Assembly (NCBI RefSeq): GCF_006345805.1
Contig: NC_043000.1
Coordinates: forward strand, 147,994,001 to 148,058,000
Direction of reading: 5' to 3'
DNA length: 64,000 nucleotides
Source of the DNA: Octopus sinensis
Taxonomy: Eukaryota
In this document: piece by piece, positions 52,130 to 64,000 of the stretch
Layout of the letters: every line of letters starts with the position of its first letter
Numbering within the stretch: position 1 is the first letter of the stretch
The notes under the pieces: generated by a model
Told to the model about the DNA's origin: nothing
The model's database searches: none
Seen by the model: the letters and a program-made list of their open reading frames with translations, nothing else
Program-made: the position numbers and the translations under genes

Positions 52130-52350
52130 CTGTTTCTCTGAAGTGGGTTGACCTTCCCAAGAACTGCATGTCACTGTAATCCTGGTCCTTTGTCATCTCC
52201 TCTGTGAGGTTCAAAGTCTTGAGACCAGCCTCCATCACTTCACCCCATGTCTTCTAGGTCTTCCACTTCCACAAGCTCCATCCACATTGAGCAACACTTC
52301 TTTAAACTGTCGTTCTCATCCATATGCATCACTTGTTCATGGCAGTGCAG
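52130..52350 (-). mobile_element. RTE LINE 3' coding fragment
   Basis: MHMDENDSLKKC...GSGRPR.. and LKTLNLTEEMTKDQD on the minus strand. Confidence 0.7.
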
Positions 52351-52358
52351 ACTTTTTT

Positions 52359-52770
52359 CTTTACTCTTTACTCTTTTACTTGTTTCAGTCATTTGACTGC
52401 GGCCATGCTGGAGCACCGCCTTTAGTCGAGCAAATCGACCCCGGGACTTATTCTTTGTAAGCCCAGTACTTATTCTATCGGTCTCTTTTGCCAAACCGCT
52501 AAGTGACGGGGACGTAAACACACCAGCATCGGTTGTCAAGCAATGCTAGGGGTACAAACACAGACACACAAACATATACACGCACACATATATATATATA
52601 TATACATATATACGACAGGCTTCTTTCAGTTTCCGTCTACCAAATCCACTCACAAGGCATTGGTCGGCCCGGGGCTATAGCAGAAGACACTTGCCCAAGA
52701 TGCCACGCAGTGGGACTGAACCCGGAACCATGTGGTTGGTTAGCAAGCTACTTTCCACACAGCCACTCCT
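52359..52770 (-). mobile_element. SINE family A, full length
   Basis: Reverse complement of family A. Confidence 0.92.
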
Positions 52771-53249
52771 TTGCACACTATATCTGATTCTTTGTATCCA
52801 TTTCGTCTCTCAACACATCTGTACTTTGTCATTCATGTACATATTGCAGATCCAGCAGAGCGTACTTCATTTCTTTTTACTCTTCTCAAATTCTCGGCAT
52901 TCAGAGTCCATGCCTTACTTTCATGCAGTAGTTCTAACACACGTGTTACCATCTGCCTTTCACTATGAATGAAGTAAAAGAGCTTTGTTACTAGCTGTGG
53001 TAGAATCTCCATGAACCTTTTTCCAGCCTGTTCTTACCCTGACTACTATAGTTTCAGAGCAACTACTTCCCCTGCTAATTACATTTCCTAGGGAAAAAGG
53101 AAGAAAAAAGAAAGCTATCAATTACTTCCAAGTGAGCCATCCGGACATTTAAGAGGATCTATTTCTGGTGTGTTCATAGTACATGCTGCTCCGTTGAATC
53201 TGTCACATATGAAGCCTATTTTGTGTTAGTCTGTCTGGGATTCCATGTT

Positions 53250-53309
53250 CTCTCTCTCTCTCTCACACACTCACACACACACTCACACACTCACACACTC
53301 ACACACACA

Positions 53310-53365
<56 letters not shown>
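53250..53365. repeat. (CT)n/(CA)n microsatellite
   Basis: Read directly from the sequence. Confidence 0.95.
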
Positions 53366-53366
<1 letters not shown>

Positions 53367-53688
53367 GATTTGCAAGAAGCTGGTCCTGAATGGACAAGAA
53401 GTAACTAGTCTCATTGTTACAGGCGTGAGCTACTTGGCCTGGTGGTGGCTATCTGGTGAAAGAGGCAGTTTTTAGCAATCTCTCCAGTCCTCCTACCTAT
53501 GTCTACCTATTGCTCAATCCAGTAACTATTCAGCTATTTGCTAATTACACATCTACTTACCTTTCCTTTTTATATTTTTGTCAGATTTTAGTGTGTGTTT
53601 TACAGTAATGTTTGGAATGTTTCTTTCTTTTTCTCTCTTCCCTTCCTCCTTTTCTTTGACTCCATTCCATTGTTTACTGGAAATAATA

Positions 53689-53733
<45 letters not shown>

Positions 53734-54004
53734 CATACATATATATATATGTGTGTGTGTGTGTGTGTCTGTATATACACAAATATAAATTGAATTCTTT
53801 TCTAACGACTCAGGTCTAATAATGCCTTAGTGATTATGAGGCATGAATATTGAATCCAGAGAAAAGAATTCATTTACGTGTACTATGTACTCTATTACCT
53901 GTATTGAGTACTTTGAGTACACTTATTTGTTGATTAAAAAGTGACATTTGAATACATTGTTTTAATGTTTTTTTTGTATATTCATATTGTTCTTTCGGTT
54001 ATAT

Positions 54005-54040
<36 letters not shown>

Positions 54041-54307
54041 ATGCATTATCTCACAGCTTTGTGATTTTGATAAGATGATTATTTATATTTAGAATGACAT
54101 TGTAAGGCAGGTGTGAGATGCTGGATCTGGCTGGTTTGAACATAAAACAGGAAGATGATTTTGGTTTGATGTGGCTGGTTTAAATGCTAAAAGATTAAAT
54201 CTAGGTTTCTTATCATCTTTAAGTGCCTAAGATGGAAATATTCTAGTTTTTTATTGAATGTAAAATCAGAATCATTTTTTTTTAAACATTAGTATACATA
54301 GTATATA

Positions 54308-54693
54308 GGCGCAGGAGTGGCTGTGGTGAGTAGCTTGTTTACCAACCACATGGTTCTGGGTTCAGTCCCACTGCTTGGCACCTTGGGCAAGTGTCTTCTA
54401 CTATAGCCTCGGGCCGACCAAAGCCTTGTGAGTGGATTTGGTAGACGGAAACTGAAAGAAGCCCGTCGTATATATGTATATATATATATATTTGTGTGTC
54501 TGTGTTTGTCCCCCTAGTATTGCTTGACAACCGATGCTGGTGTGTTTATGTCCCCGTTACCTAGCAGTTTGGCAAAAGAGACCGATAGAATAAGTACTGG
54601 GCTTACAAAAGAATAAGTTCAGGGGTCGAGTTGCTCGATTAAAGGCGGTGCTCCAGCATGGCCGCAGTCAAATGATTGAAACAAGTAAAAGAG
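54308..54693 (+). mobile_element. SINE family A, full length
   Basis: Family A head to tail. Confidence 0.92.
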
Positions 54694-57619
54694 TATGGAA
54701 ATTGTTGAAAATTATACCTTGCCATGTTGCTTTTGTAAAATATAGTTTTGCTGGTGGAAGTATTTATAATTCTCTTTATTTTAGTAAAGCTTATATTGTT
54801 TCCTTGTAAGTAATAACAGTCTTTTGGTTTCATTGCTCATTATGCATTTTCTCATCACACGACTTTAAAAATTCTGAAATAGTATTGTAAATATCATAAG
54901 AATGACACAGGCAGTTTTTTTTTTTTTTTAGAAAGCCATCAAACTTCAGTGTAGTAAAAATTCTGAAATTCTTGTTCATTTTCACGGCATTGTTTCTGAA
55001 AAATATGAATATTCAACTGATGAACTTTTTATCTTATTCATTCTTTCATAACATTAAGCAATATTTTATAGCGACCATCACCGAGATGTTTTGCAGGTAA
55101 TTATTACCGATGAATAATGCAGTGAATCGTAAAGATATTTGGAACTGTTTCTTTTAAGTGTACTATGAAGCTATGATGGTGGCTAATCATAGTAAGTGCT
55201 TCTGCAGTTGCACATGCAATAACATTTGTATGAGCTGTATTTTTATCTTTAAAAACGCTGCTCTATAAATCGTAGAACATTTTGTATCAGTTTTCAGTTG
55301 TTCAGCAAATCAGAATTCTCCAGTAAGTTCTTGATCAGTATTTGAATATTGTATCTTGGCTAATAACATTCGTTATCATGTAAAGTTGTCTCAGCAAATT
55401 GTGATGAAAATTCTATGATTTTCGAATCACAGCAAAGGAATTAGTGATAAGTTATTACTTTAATTAAAGCTTGTCTTATCTGTAACTTCTTTTACAGCTG
55501 GTCAGATGAAAGTTTCATCAAAATTATGGTTTTCTACATTTTAGCAATTACTTATGTAATTTTTTATGATGCAGCCAAACCTTTTTCTTGTTGGGTACTT
55601 TGTTTTACAATTAACTCATTAAAATTGTAGAATGATTTTTTTTTAAATTTCATTTTCCAAACACTTTCTTTTTATTGTGAAACAATCAATCATTCTTAAA
55701 GATTTTCGTTTTCTTAAGAAAGTTTGTTCACATTATAAACATGTGTATAGGTAATTGTTCACTTTTAATGATGGGAATAACTTCATATCTTAAATATTTA
55801 CATGAATATTGGCAGCCCCTTTTCATTTTTTTCATGATGCTAACCATAATATCAATATTTATGCAAAGAAAAATAAAACTTAATGATGGACTGGTGTGAA
55901 AACAAAAAACAAAAGCTTCCTAGCTTTATGTGAATTCTGTAGGAAATAAAGTTGAGAACATTTCCTTATACTGAATTAGATATAATTGATTACATGATAT
56001 AATTAAAATCATGAGGCAGTCTTTAAGAATCAATATATAGAAAGTAAAAGTTTGTTTTTGATTGCTTAGAAATTGATAAAAATATTTGGAAATGAACAAT
56101 CAGAATACTTTCATTTTACAGTACTTTTGTGCTTCAATATTTGCTGACATTTTACCATACAGGATGTCTTCCACTGATCTGATTTAGAAAAATATCTAAA
56201 TTCTGTCTGTAATAGTGTAACTGTTTGAAAAACGAAACCAAAGCCTCTACAGGCATTGATGTATATGGGGTGGGACCATATCATTTCTACTTGATTGCCA
56301 CTTATTCTTTTTAAATGGAAATTCAATCACATTATCATCATTGATATTATTCATTACCGTCATCAAATTTGAAGGCATGATTAAACAAATTAAGGTGTTT
56401 ATGCATTTTATTGGCCAATAATAAAGAATGAAAGCATTTGATAATAAAGGCATTAATGAGCTGAAGTATTCAACCAATTTAACTGTCACTTTTTACATGT
56501 TGATTCTTAAGGTCTGCCGATTTTAGTATTAACTTGACGATAAAGTTTGTATTAATTATATAATAAATAGTCATTGGTCAATCATGTTAATCTTCTTGAA
56601 AAAGATTTACTTTTATGCTGTTATTGATTTAAGTAGTTTATTACCTACTAATTTGCTTTATGATGGCATTCATTTTCTGTGAGATTAAAACCAGTATAAA
56701 CTGAAGTGTCTGGTCAATAAAATTTTAGTCTTTTATAATATTTAATTAGTCCTGCCTCTGAAAATTTTATCAACAAGAAAGCTCATTATGGTAGTCTTTG
56801 ATATTAGCGTGCCACTTTCACTTTATCAAACTGTAGTTAGCATCACATTCTTTGGTGGCAGTAGAAGATTTTAAAAAAAGGAGAAAAAAAAAATTTTTTA
56901 AGTGTGAGCCTGTGCTATAGCTAGCTTGTTTGTCATTGTGGATATTTTGCTATGCAATTAAGAACTGTTTTTTGTTTTGTTGTAGTTGTTGTTTTAGATG
57001 GGAGGGTGTAATTGTATCAGATTGTTTAGGGTGTTTGTTCTTCACTTTTGTATTATTTAAAATGGCAACAATAGCAAGAGCAATGCAAAAATTCTAAACA
57101 ATCTGATACAACCATGCCTCCCCAACCTAACAACAAAATGCACAAACAAAATTCAAACAATACAAATATAGTTCAACAATATAAAAAATAATTCTATCAC
57201 AACAATGCAAAAAGATAATACTAAATTCTCACCCCCCAAATATTCCTGATAGCAAACAAAAGCAGGTCGCAGCATAACATCAAAAGTAATTCTTCCATAG
57301 TCACCCGAGTGATACCAATTTGACGAAATGAAAGTAGCATGCTTTTATCAAAGTTCACACTTCTTTATAAATTATGATAGTTAATAAATTCACTTCTAAA
57401 TCAATTTCAGAGTACAGGCACATGTGCGGTTGTGTGGTTAAGAAGTTTTCTTCACAATTACATAGTTTCAGAGGTCCAATCTCACTACATGGTTCCTTGG
57501 GCAAGTGTCTTATATTATAGCCCCAGGCTGGCCAAAGCCTTGTGAGTAAATATGGTAGATGGAAACTGAAAGAAGCCCATCATATGTGAATGCTTGTGTG
57601 TTTGCGTTTCCTTGTCTTG

Positions 57620-57838
57620 ATCATCATCATCGTTTAGCGTCCGCTTTCCATGCTGGCATGGGTTGGACGGTGCAACTGGGGTCTGGGAAGCCAGAAGGCT
57701 GCACCAGGCCCAGTCTGATCTGGCAATGTTTCTACAGCTGGATGCCCTTCCTAACGCCATGAGTGTAGTGGGTGCTTTTTACGTGCCAGACGAGGCTGGC
57801 AAACGGCCACGGTCGGATGGTGCTTTTTACGTGCCACT
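57620..57838 (-). mobile_element. SINE family D copy
   Basis: Reverse complement of the family D tail with 2 VNTR motifs. Confidence 0.8.
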
Positions 57839-60741
57839 AAATTATAATTGTAAATGAGTGTCATTGTCATACAAGCAGTGTCATTCATTTCCAATGATCT
57901 GCGAAAATATATCTGGCTATGAGGAAACAATACCTTGTTTGGAAACAAATAAGGATGGGCAGCAGGAAGGGTATCTGGCCATAGAAAAGTTACCCATATA
58001 AACTCAGTCCAACCAGTGCATGCATGGAAAAGTCGATGTTAAAACAATGATGCTGCTTCAACTAATGTTCACTTCCCCACTCAGTGTTCAGTGTTCCCTT
58101 GTTGAGAAATACCTTGTTAAATGAAGAGTTTGGCCCGTGTGTGTAGGTATGGGATGTTTCAAAAAAGGAACAATATATTGTATTGATTGCAAATTACTGC
58201 TACTGATAATTTGGGACAATTTTTCACTGTTTGGTCTAAGGACAAGAACTGGCCGTAACCGCTTTCCAAATCTTCATATGCCCCAAAGCCCTCAGAGCCC
58301 CTTTAAATGAATCCTGGTGAGTGCTGGCTCCTTAGCATTAAGTAGATGAAACAAAACTTCCTCATGGGAGTGTGCTAATCTATCTTAGGTGTTTTACTCA
58401 GATAATCAGATACCCATTTATTGCCCAAGTAATACAACATTCCAAGATAAGGGTAGTTATATACATGGGGTGGCTCGTGTATGTTTTTACCATTATGTGC
58501 ATGCACACTCACACATACATGTATAATGGTATATCATTTCATGGACCACCCTGTATGTATATGTGTTTGTGTGTACATATATATATATATATGTGGAATG
58601 TAAAGAGTAAGACAAAGTAGATTTGATGGAAGAGAAGTGGGTGAATAGGTGGGTAAATGGTTAGAGTGGCAAATGATAAGCATGTTGTGTAGATGACAGA
58701 GCTTTGAGGGTAGATATGAGTGGGCTTTGAGTCAACCTTGTTTTAACACTTCAGTATTTAAACTGGCTATATCTAGCCAAAACATTCTGTCTGTTTTATG
58801 TTTGGATCAAGACATATGTGGCCTATCGCACCGACCCTAAAAATAAACAGTAACATCATTGAAACCTCAAAGCTCTGAGATAATGCATGATTAATTCAAA
58901 ACCATGTGAATAAATAAGCATTACATTTGACATGTACTTCAATGTGATATCTGACATGTAAGTAATTGGTGTTGTATAAAACCCAGCTTTGTTAAAGGAT
59001 GGTCAGTTTAGATACAGACCAGAGCTTTACTGTCTCTTTCTTAGTATCATATTCTTTCTTTGTTGTACTTTCCATCATCACTTCCAGTTTTTTCTTAACT
59101 TCCCTTTCTTCTCTTTGATGTTCTGTGTGTTCTTTTTGCTTTTCTGTCAAAAGAAATTCATTAAAGATAAATTGTGTTTCTGTGTCTGTATTTTCTGGCG
59201 ATCTTTACACATATTCTTGTGTATATATATATATATTCTATATTTATTGTAATTATTCTTTCCTATGTTTGTGTGTGTGTGAAAATTCATAAAGTGGATG
59301 CTAGATGTCAGTTGTAGATCTAACATGATATTCTGGGTAATTAAATCAATGGTAAGAAGCTAATCTGACAAAACCACATCAAGTAGCCTGACAGTTGACA
59401 TCCTGGCAGTTGGCTAGTTGGTTGTATTAGAAACACTTAATTCAAGTTGAAGAGGCACCCTCACTTACAAACTCTGAATTGTGTCACAATCAGCTTTTGA
59501 ACTCACAGAAGTCAAGAGCAAAAGAAAATTATATCTTCATGATCATGTACAACAATGCCATGGAATAATGATAGTTATTACAGCAACTTCTCTTTGAAAT
59601 GTTAATTGAAAATTAAGGAAAAGGGAATTTGTAGGTTAAAAGCTTAAAGTATACAGGAGGCATGAGACTACTGCTAACAGGATCAAAATTCTGACCTTTA
59701 TAATGACTCAGCTGTACCATAGCTAATGACGGATCCAATTATTAAATGAAAATTAATTTTGCTTCGTAAACTGGAGAGTAATTGCTTTCTGCTGTGAATT
59801 ATGCATCACTATGATATTGATTTCTGACATAAGCACAAGGCTTCAAATTTTTTTGGTAAGGTTATAATCAATGTTGGTCAACTATAATTAATAGTTTATT
59901 TTGCCAATCCTAAATGGATTAGAGTAGGTTTTGAACCCCTGAAAATAAAGAGTTATAACTAAATAGTGTTAGACATTTTGTTTGAAAATCTAATAATTCT
60001 GTCAGTCTGTGCATTGTCATAATTTTAAGATAACTTCTGCAAATATTGTTTTGAAAATTACATTCTCCAGATCTTGCTCTTTCATATTATTCATATAAGC
60101 ATCAGCAAAATTATCTTAATGGGAAGTAGTTACTTCAAACAGATGATTTTTCAAAAGTGACTTCATATGAATCTGTAAATAGAAAAGAAAAAAAAAAGTA
60201 TCATGCAGTTTTTGAGTCATTAATGAACTGTCATAAATAGAGAAAATATTTCTAGATTAGGTAATATTAGTTTTTTTCCCCCACCCCCGGTCTTTTACTA
60301 TCTTTTAAATCTTGATATGAAAATGACATTCTTTACATGCTAACCTGATAATTAGGTCAGTTGTGGTATTATATCTATTGAATTTGTATTAATATCTTGT
60401 TTCTATAAACTTCATTTCTTGAAAATTGAAGTTCATAGCCAGTTTGAAACAACTATAGTACTTACTACATTGCACCTATTTATAGCCTTCAGGTGCAAAT
60501 ACAGGTACAATACATTTTCAAAAACAAATCTTTGTTGGGAATAAAATATGAATAGGACAGCGTATTATCATTGAGCAGAAACATAACTGATGATGCAGTG
60601 AGGACTAATATAATTTTATTATCTAAGTTCTCACTTTCTCTGACAGTTTTCATAAAATTTTATCATAAGAAGCACCAATCCATGCAAATATCTAAATGAA
60701 ATTTATGGTGATTGGGATAGTATAAAATATTATGGGCAACC

Positions 60742-61128
60742 AGCAGGAGTGGCTGTGTGGTAAGTAACTTGCTTACCAACCACATGGTTCCGGGTTCAGT
60801 CCCACTGCGTGGCACCTTGGGCAAGTGTCTTCTACTATAGCCTCGGGCCGACCAAAGCCTTGTGAGTGGATTTGGTAGACGGAAACTGAAAGAAGCCCGT
60901 CCTATATATGTATATATATATATGCGTGTGTGTCTGTGTTTGTCCCCCTAGCATTGCTTGACAACCGATGCTGGTGTGTTTATGTCCCTGTCACTTAGCG
61001 GTTCAGCAAAAGAGACTGATAGAATAAGTACTGGGCTTACAAAGAATAAGTTCCGGGGTCGAGTTGCTCGACTAAAGGCGGTGCTCCAGCATGGCCGCAG
61101 TCAAATGACTGAAACAAGTAAAAGAGTA
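60742..61128 (+). mobile_element. SINE family A, full length
   Basis: Family A head to tail. Confidence 0.92.
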
Positions 61129-61222
61129 ACCACTCTGTAAAAAACATAAGAAGGAGGTGTTTCTGGAACACCATTCTCTGATGCCTATATGAATAATACT
61201 AAAAGAAAGAGCTGGAGAATAT

Positions 61223-61440
61223 ATATTTCTTTACTACCCACATAGAAGGGACAAACAAGAACAGACAAAGGGATTAAGTCGATTACATCGACCCAGTGCG
61301 AAACTGGTACTTTATTTATCGACCCCCGAGAGGATGAAAGGCAAAGTCGACCTCGGCAGAAATTGAACTCAGAACGTAACAGATGAAATACTGCTAAGCA
61401 TTTCACCCAGTGCGCTAACGTTTCTGCCAGCTCGCCGCCT
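61223..61440 (-). mobile_element. SINE family B copy
   Basis: Reverse-complement family B sequence. Confidence 0.88.
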
Positions 61441-61689
61441 TCTGGAGAATATAATTTTCAAGATAGTTTTGTGAGTAGTCACATGGCTCCACTATAACAA
61501 AAACCTGCTGGTTCACTCACTTCTCACACGTCATCTAGCATAAAGTTGCTCCTCCCATCTTGGGTTTTGTAGAGTTGCAAGCTGCATACCTTATTTTTGC
61601 CAATGGTATGATAAAAAGCCTCCAGTTTGCCCTGTAGCATGGTTGGCATTAGAAAGGGCATCCAGCTGTAGAAACCATTCCAAAGTCAG

Positions 61690-63300
61690 AGAAGTGACTG
61701 TAGACTTGGAGACAGTGAAGAGCAGCAGAAAGTTGTTAAATAGAGAAGAATCCAAACTGAAATTAGCACCACCAGAGGAGGTGACATGGAAAAAAGAAAG
61801 AAAGACAGTAATATACAGAACCCTTTCTCTAGTAACCGAAAAAATTGAAATGGCAAAAGAGGAAGAGTTAGAAGAATGCCTAAAAAAGATAAGTAGTATT
61901 ATTGAATTCTACTGTAGAGGCAGGAAGTTTGGTACAGTGAAAGTGTGCTTCTTGACAGTGGAGGAAGCAGCAAGACACTCCACTGTAGCCTTAAAATCAG
62001 AGAAATGGGCACTACTGCCAACTTACTGTGGGAAGCGAGTAGCAAGAGTAAGAACTGGCAGGGTGCCTCCAGAAATCAACGAGATGTGGCTGCTGGCAGC
62101 CATCTTGATGGTCATGAAAGAAGTCCTGCAAGTACTACAAGTGAGTTGCATGAAACAGCTAAATTGGTGGGGATATGGCCTAGAGGTCATTATTCAGGCT
62201 ACCATAAATGATCTCCAAGAAATAACAGCTTCCAGTCGAGCTCCCAGAGGATGTGAGGTAGTGGAGAAAAGACACCCCCCACATGCTATCACTGTGGGGA
62301 GAAGGATCACATTAAGGCAGACTGCCCCCTTCTCGATAAGCAAACATGAACAGAGAGAAGGAAGATACAGAGGAGGTAGACACAGACGAAGTGCAAGCAC
62401 AAAATAGGAAGAGAGAAGAAATCAAGAATTCCCTGCCCCCTAAGAACTCTAAAAAAAAAAGAAGAGAATAGAGTGACACACAAATGCCTACACCGCAACT
62501 AACACACATGAATACACCAAACAGTCCAGAATCCCCAACCAAACATACACCCACATGTACATACAGTCCAGTAACCCCAACAACAGAATATCCACAGGCA
62601 CCTACAGACATGTCACGTACATGAAAAAATTCTGTCAGTACAGATTCACTAATCGATTACACACAAACAAGCACAGAAGAATCACAAAAGTTAAAAACAG
62701 CATATGTAACACATTACTAGAAAAATGCAGCTATTGACAAGTAAGCGAACCATCCGATCGTGGCTGTTGCCAGCGCCGCCCCGACTGGCCTCCATGCCGG
62801 TGGCACGTAAAAAGCACCATCCGTTCGTGGCCATTGCCAGCCTCGCCTGGCCCCCGTGCCGGCGGCACGTAAAAAGCACCATCCGTCCGTGGCCGTTTGC
62901 CAGCTCCGTCTGGAACCTGTGCGGGTGGCACGTAAAAAGCACCCACTTCACTCGCGGAGTGGTTGGCGTTAGGAAGGGCATCCAGCCGTAGAAACACTGC
63001 CAGATCAGACTGGGCCTGGTGCAGCCTTCTGGCTTCACAGACCCCAGTTGAACCGTCCAACCCATGCTAGCATGGAAAGCGGACGCTAAATGATGATGAT
63101 GAGAAAATAGAGAAGATGAAGACAGTTATTAGAATCAGAGAGGAAGAAAACATTAAAGTCTCAGGTATGGAATGTATTCTAATTGATAGAAAAATCATAA
63201 AAAAATTAAAAGCCAACTTTGGTGATGAAATATACCCATTAGGGATAGAAATAAAATATTGTGAACATTTGCCACTGCAATAGTACAGCTTCAAGAGAAG
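61690..63300 (+). mobile_element. Degraded gag-like ORF1 of a non-LTR retrotransposon (probably L1/Tx1-like) with a CCHC zinc knuckle; interrupted by a SINE
   Basis: About 200 open codons; a frameshift leads into CYHCGEKDHIKADC (CX2CX4HX4C) at 62284-62325, then a low-complexity Thr/Pro/Lys/Glu tail. Confidence 0.7.
62735..63100 (+). mobile_element. SINE family D copy with three VNTR motifs
   Basis: Starts GACAAGTAAGCGAACCATCCGATCGTGGC like the 41.1-kb copy; same tail. Confidence 0.88.
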
Positions 63301-64000
63301 TAAGAGGAACAACTACAGGAGTTGCAAAAACAAATACAACAACAACTGAGTTATAGTCAGTGAAGTCTGAAAATCCAGCAAGCTCATTTATGCCAAATGG
63401 CGTGGCTAATACAATTTCTGAATTTACGTGTAACCTGGAGGAGGGTATTATGTTTCTCGTGTATTATAGAAGATACGAGGAAATTTTTAACGAGTGCAAG
63501 TCATGGTTGGAGGAGTAGAAAGAAAGGTTTTTACTTTGCATGGTAGCTCCTGTCGAACATGAGCATTACTGTAACTTTATTTAAAGCAAACAGAAAAGTA
63601 CTTTCACGGCAATTGAAATCGCAAATGAAAAGTTCGACTGACTTGAAAAGAGTGGACTCATAAAAAAGGTGAATTATTCAAAGTGGGTGGCACCCATTGT
63701 ATATGTTAAAAAAACAATCTTTTGATTAGGTTGTGTGCTGATTTCTCTACAGGATTGAATGACTGCTTGAAAACATACTACCATCCACTCTCAACTGCAG
63801 AGGACATTTTTTTCAAAGTTAAATGGTGGGAAAAGTTTTTCCAAATTAGATCTGTATGAAGCCTATTTACAGATAAAAGTAAATGAAAGATTCTTAAAGT
63901 ATTTGGCAATAAATACACACAGAGGATTGCACAGATACACACGATTACCTTTTGGATTAAGAGTTACACCAGCAATATCCCAGCAAATCATCGATACTAT
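63300..64000 (+). mobile_element. Ty3/Gypsy LTR retrotransposon remnant: gag N-terminus joined to the reverse transcriptase; runs off the window
   Basis: EFTCNLEEGIMFLVYYRRYEEIF...EHEHYCNFI (gag-like), then SKWVAPIVYVKK, IRLCADFSTGLN, FSKLDLYEAYLQI, INTHRGLHRYTRLPFG; stops and frameshifts. Confidence 0.85.

Noticed and set aside
55072-55096. 25-nt coding microexon of amphiphysin (TAG|...CAG|GTAATT)
   Set aside because: Not frame-preserving after a phase-0 exon 1 and no BAR-domain similarity.
61643-62407. 254-aa host gene
   Set aside because: Starts in SINE-derived sequence, and its zinc knuckle lies in another frame; better explained as a decayed retroelement ORF1.
43849-64000. Amphiphysin exon 2
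   Set aside because: No acceptor followed by a VLQxLGKAD-like peptide was found by eye; it probably lies beyond the window, though I could have missed it.

Overview
Repeat-rich eukaryotic (animal) genomic DNA; the SINE and LINE families look octopus-like (my recognition, not a database result). Bases 1-13660 are one uninterrupted 44-bp tandem satellite (about 310 units, open at the left window edge) with variant domains and higher-order duplications. Bases 13.7-43 kb are mostly tRNA-derived SINEs, LINE remnants (CR1/L2, RTE, R4/Dong, HERO), a DD37D transposase remnant and several MITE/foldback elements. At 27.64-27.69 kb there is a well-formed minimal type I hammerhead-ribozyme motif with one defective helix. 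The only host coding sequence I can support is an 81-bp first coding exon (43768-43848, +) resembling the amphiphysin/BIN1 N-terminal H0 helix. It lies in a CpG-retaining promoter domain that also carries consensus splice donors on the opposite strand, suggesting a divergent or antisense spliced transcript. The rest of the window appears to be intron 1 of that gene, ending in degraded non-LTR ORF1 and Ty3/Gypsy gag-RT fragments. Almost all ORFs in the supplied track are artefacts of repeats. Most repeat boundaries are approximate because they were read by eye.
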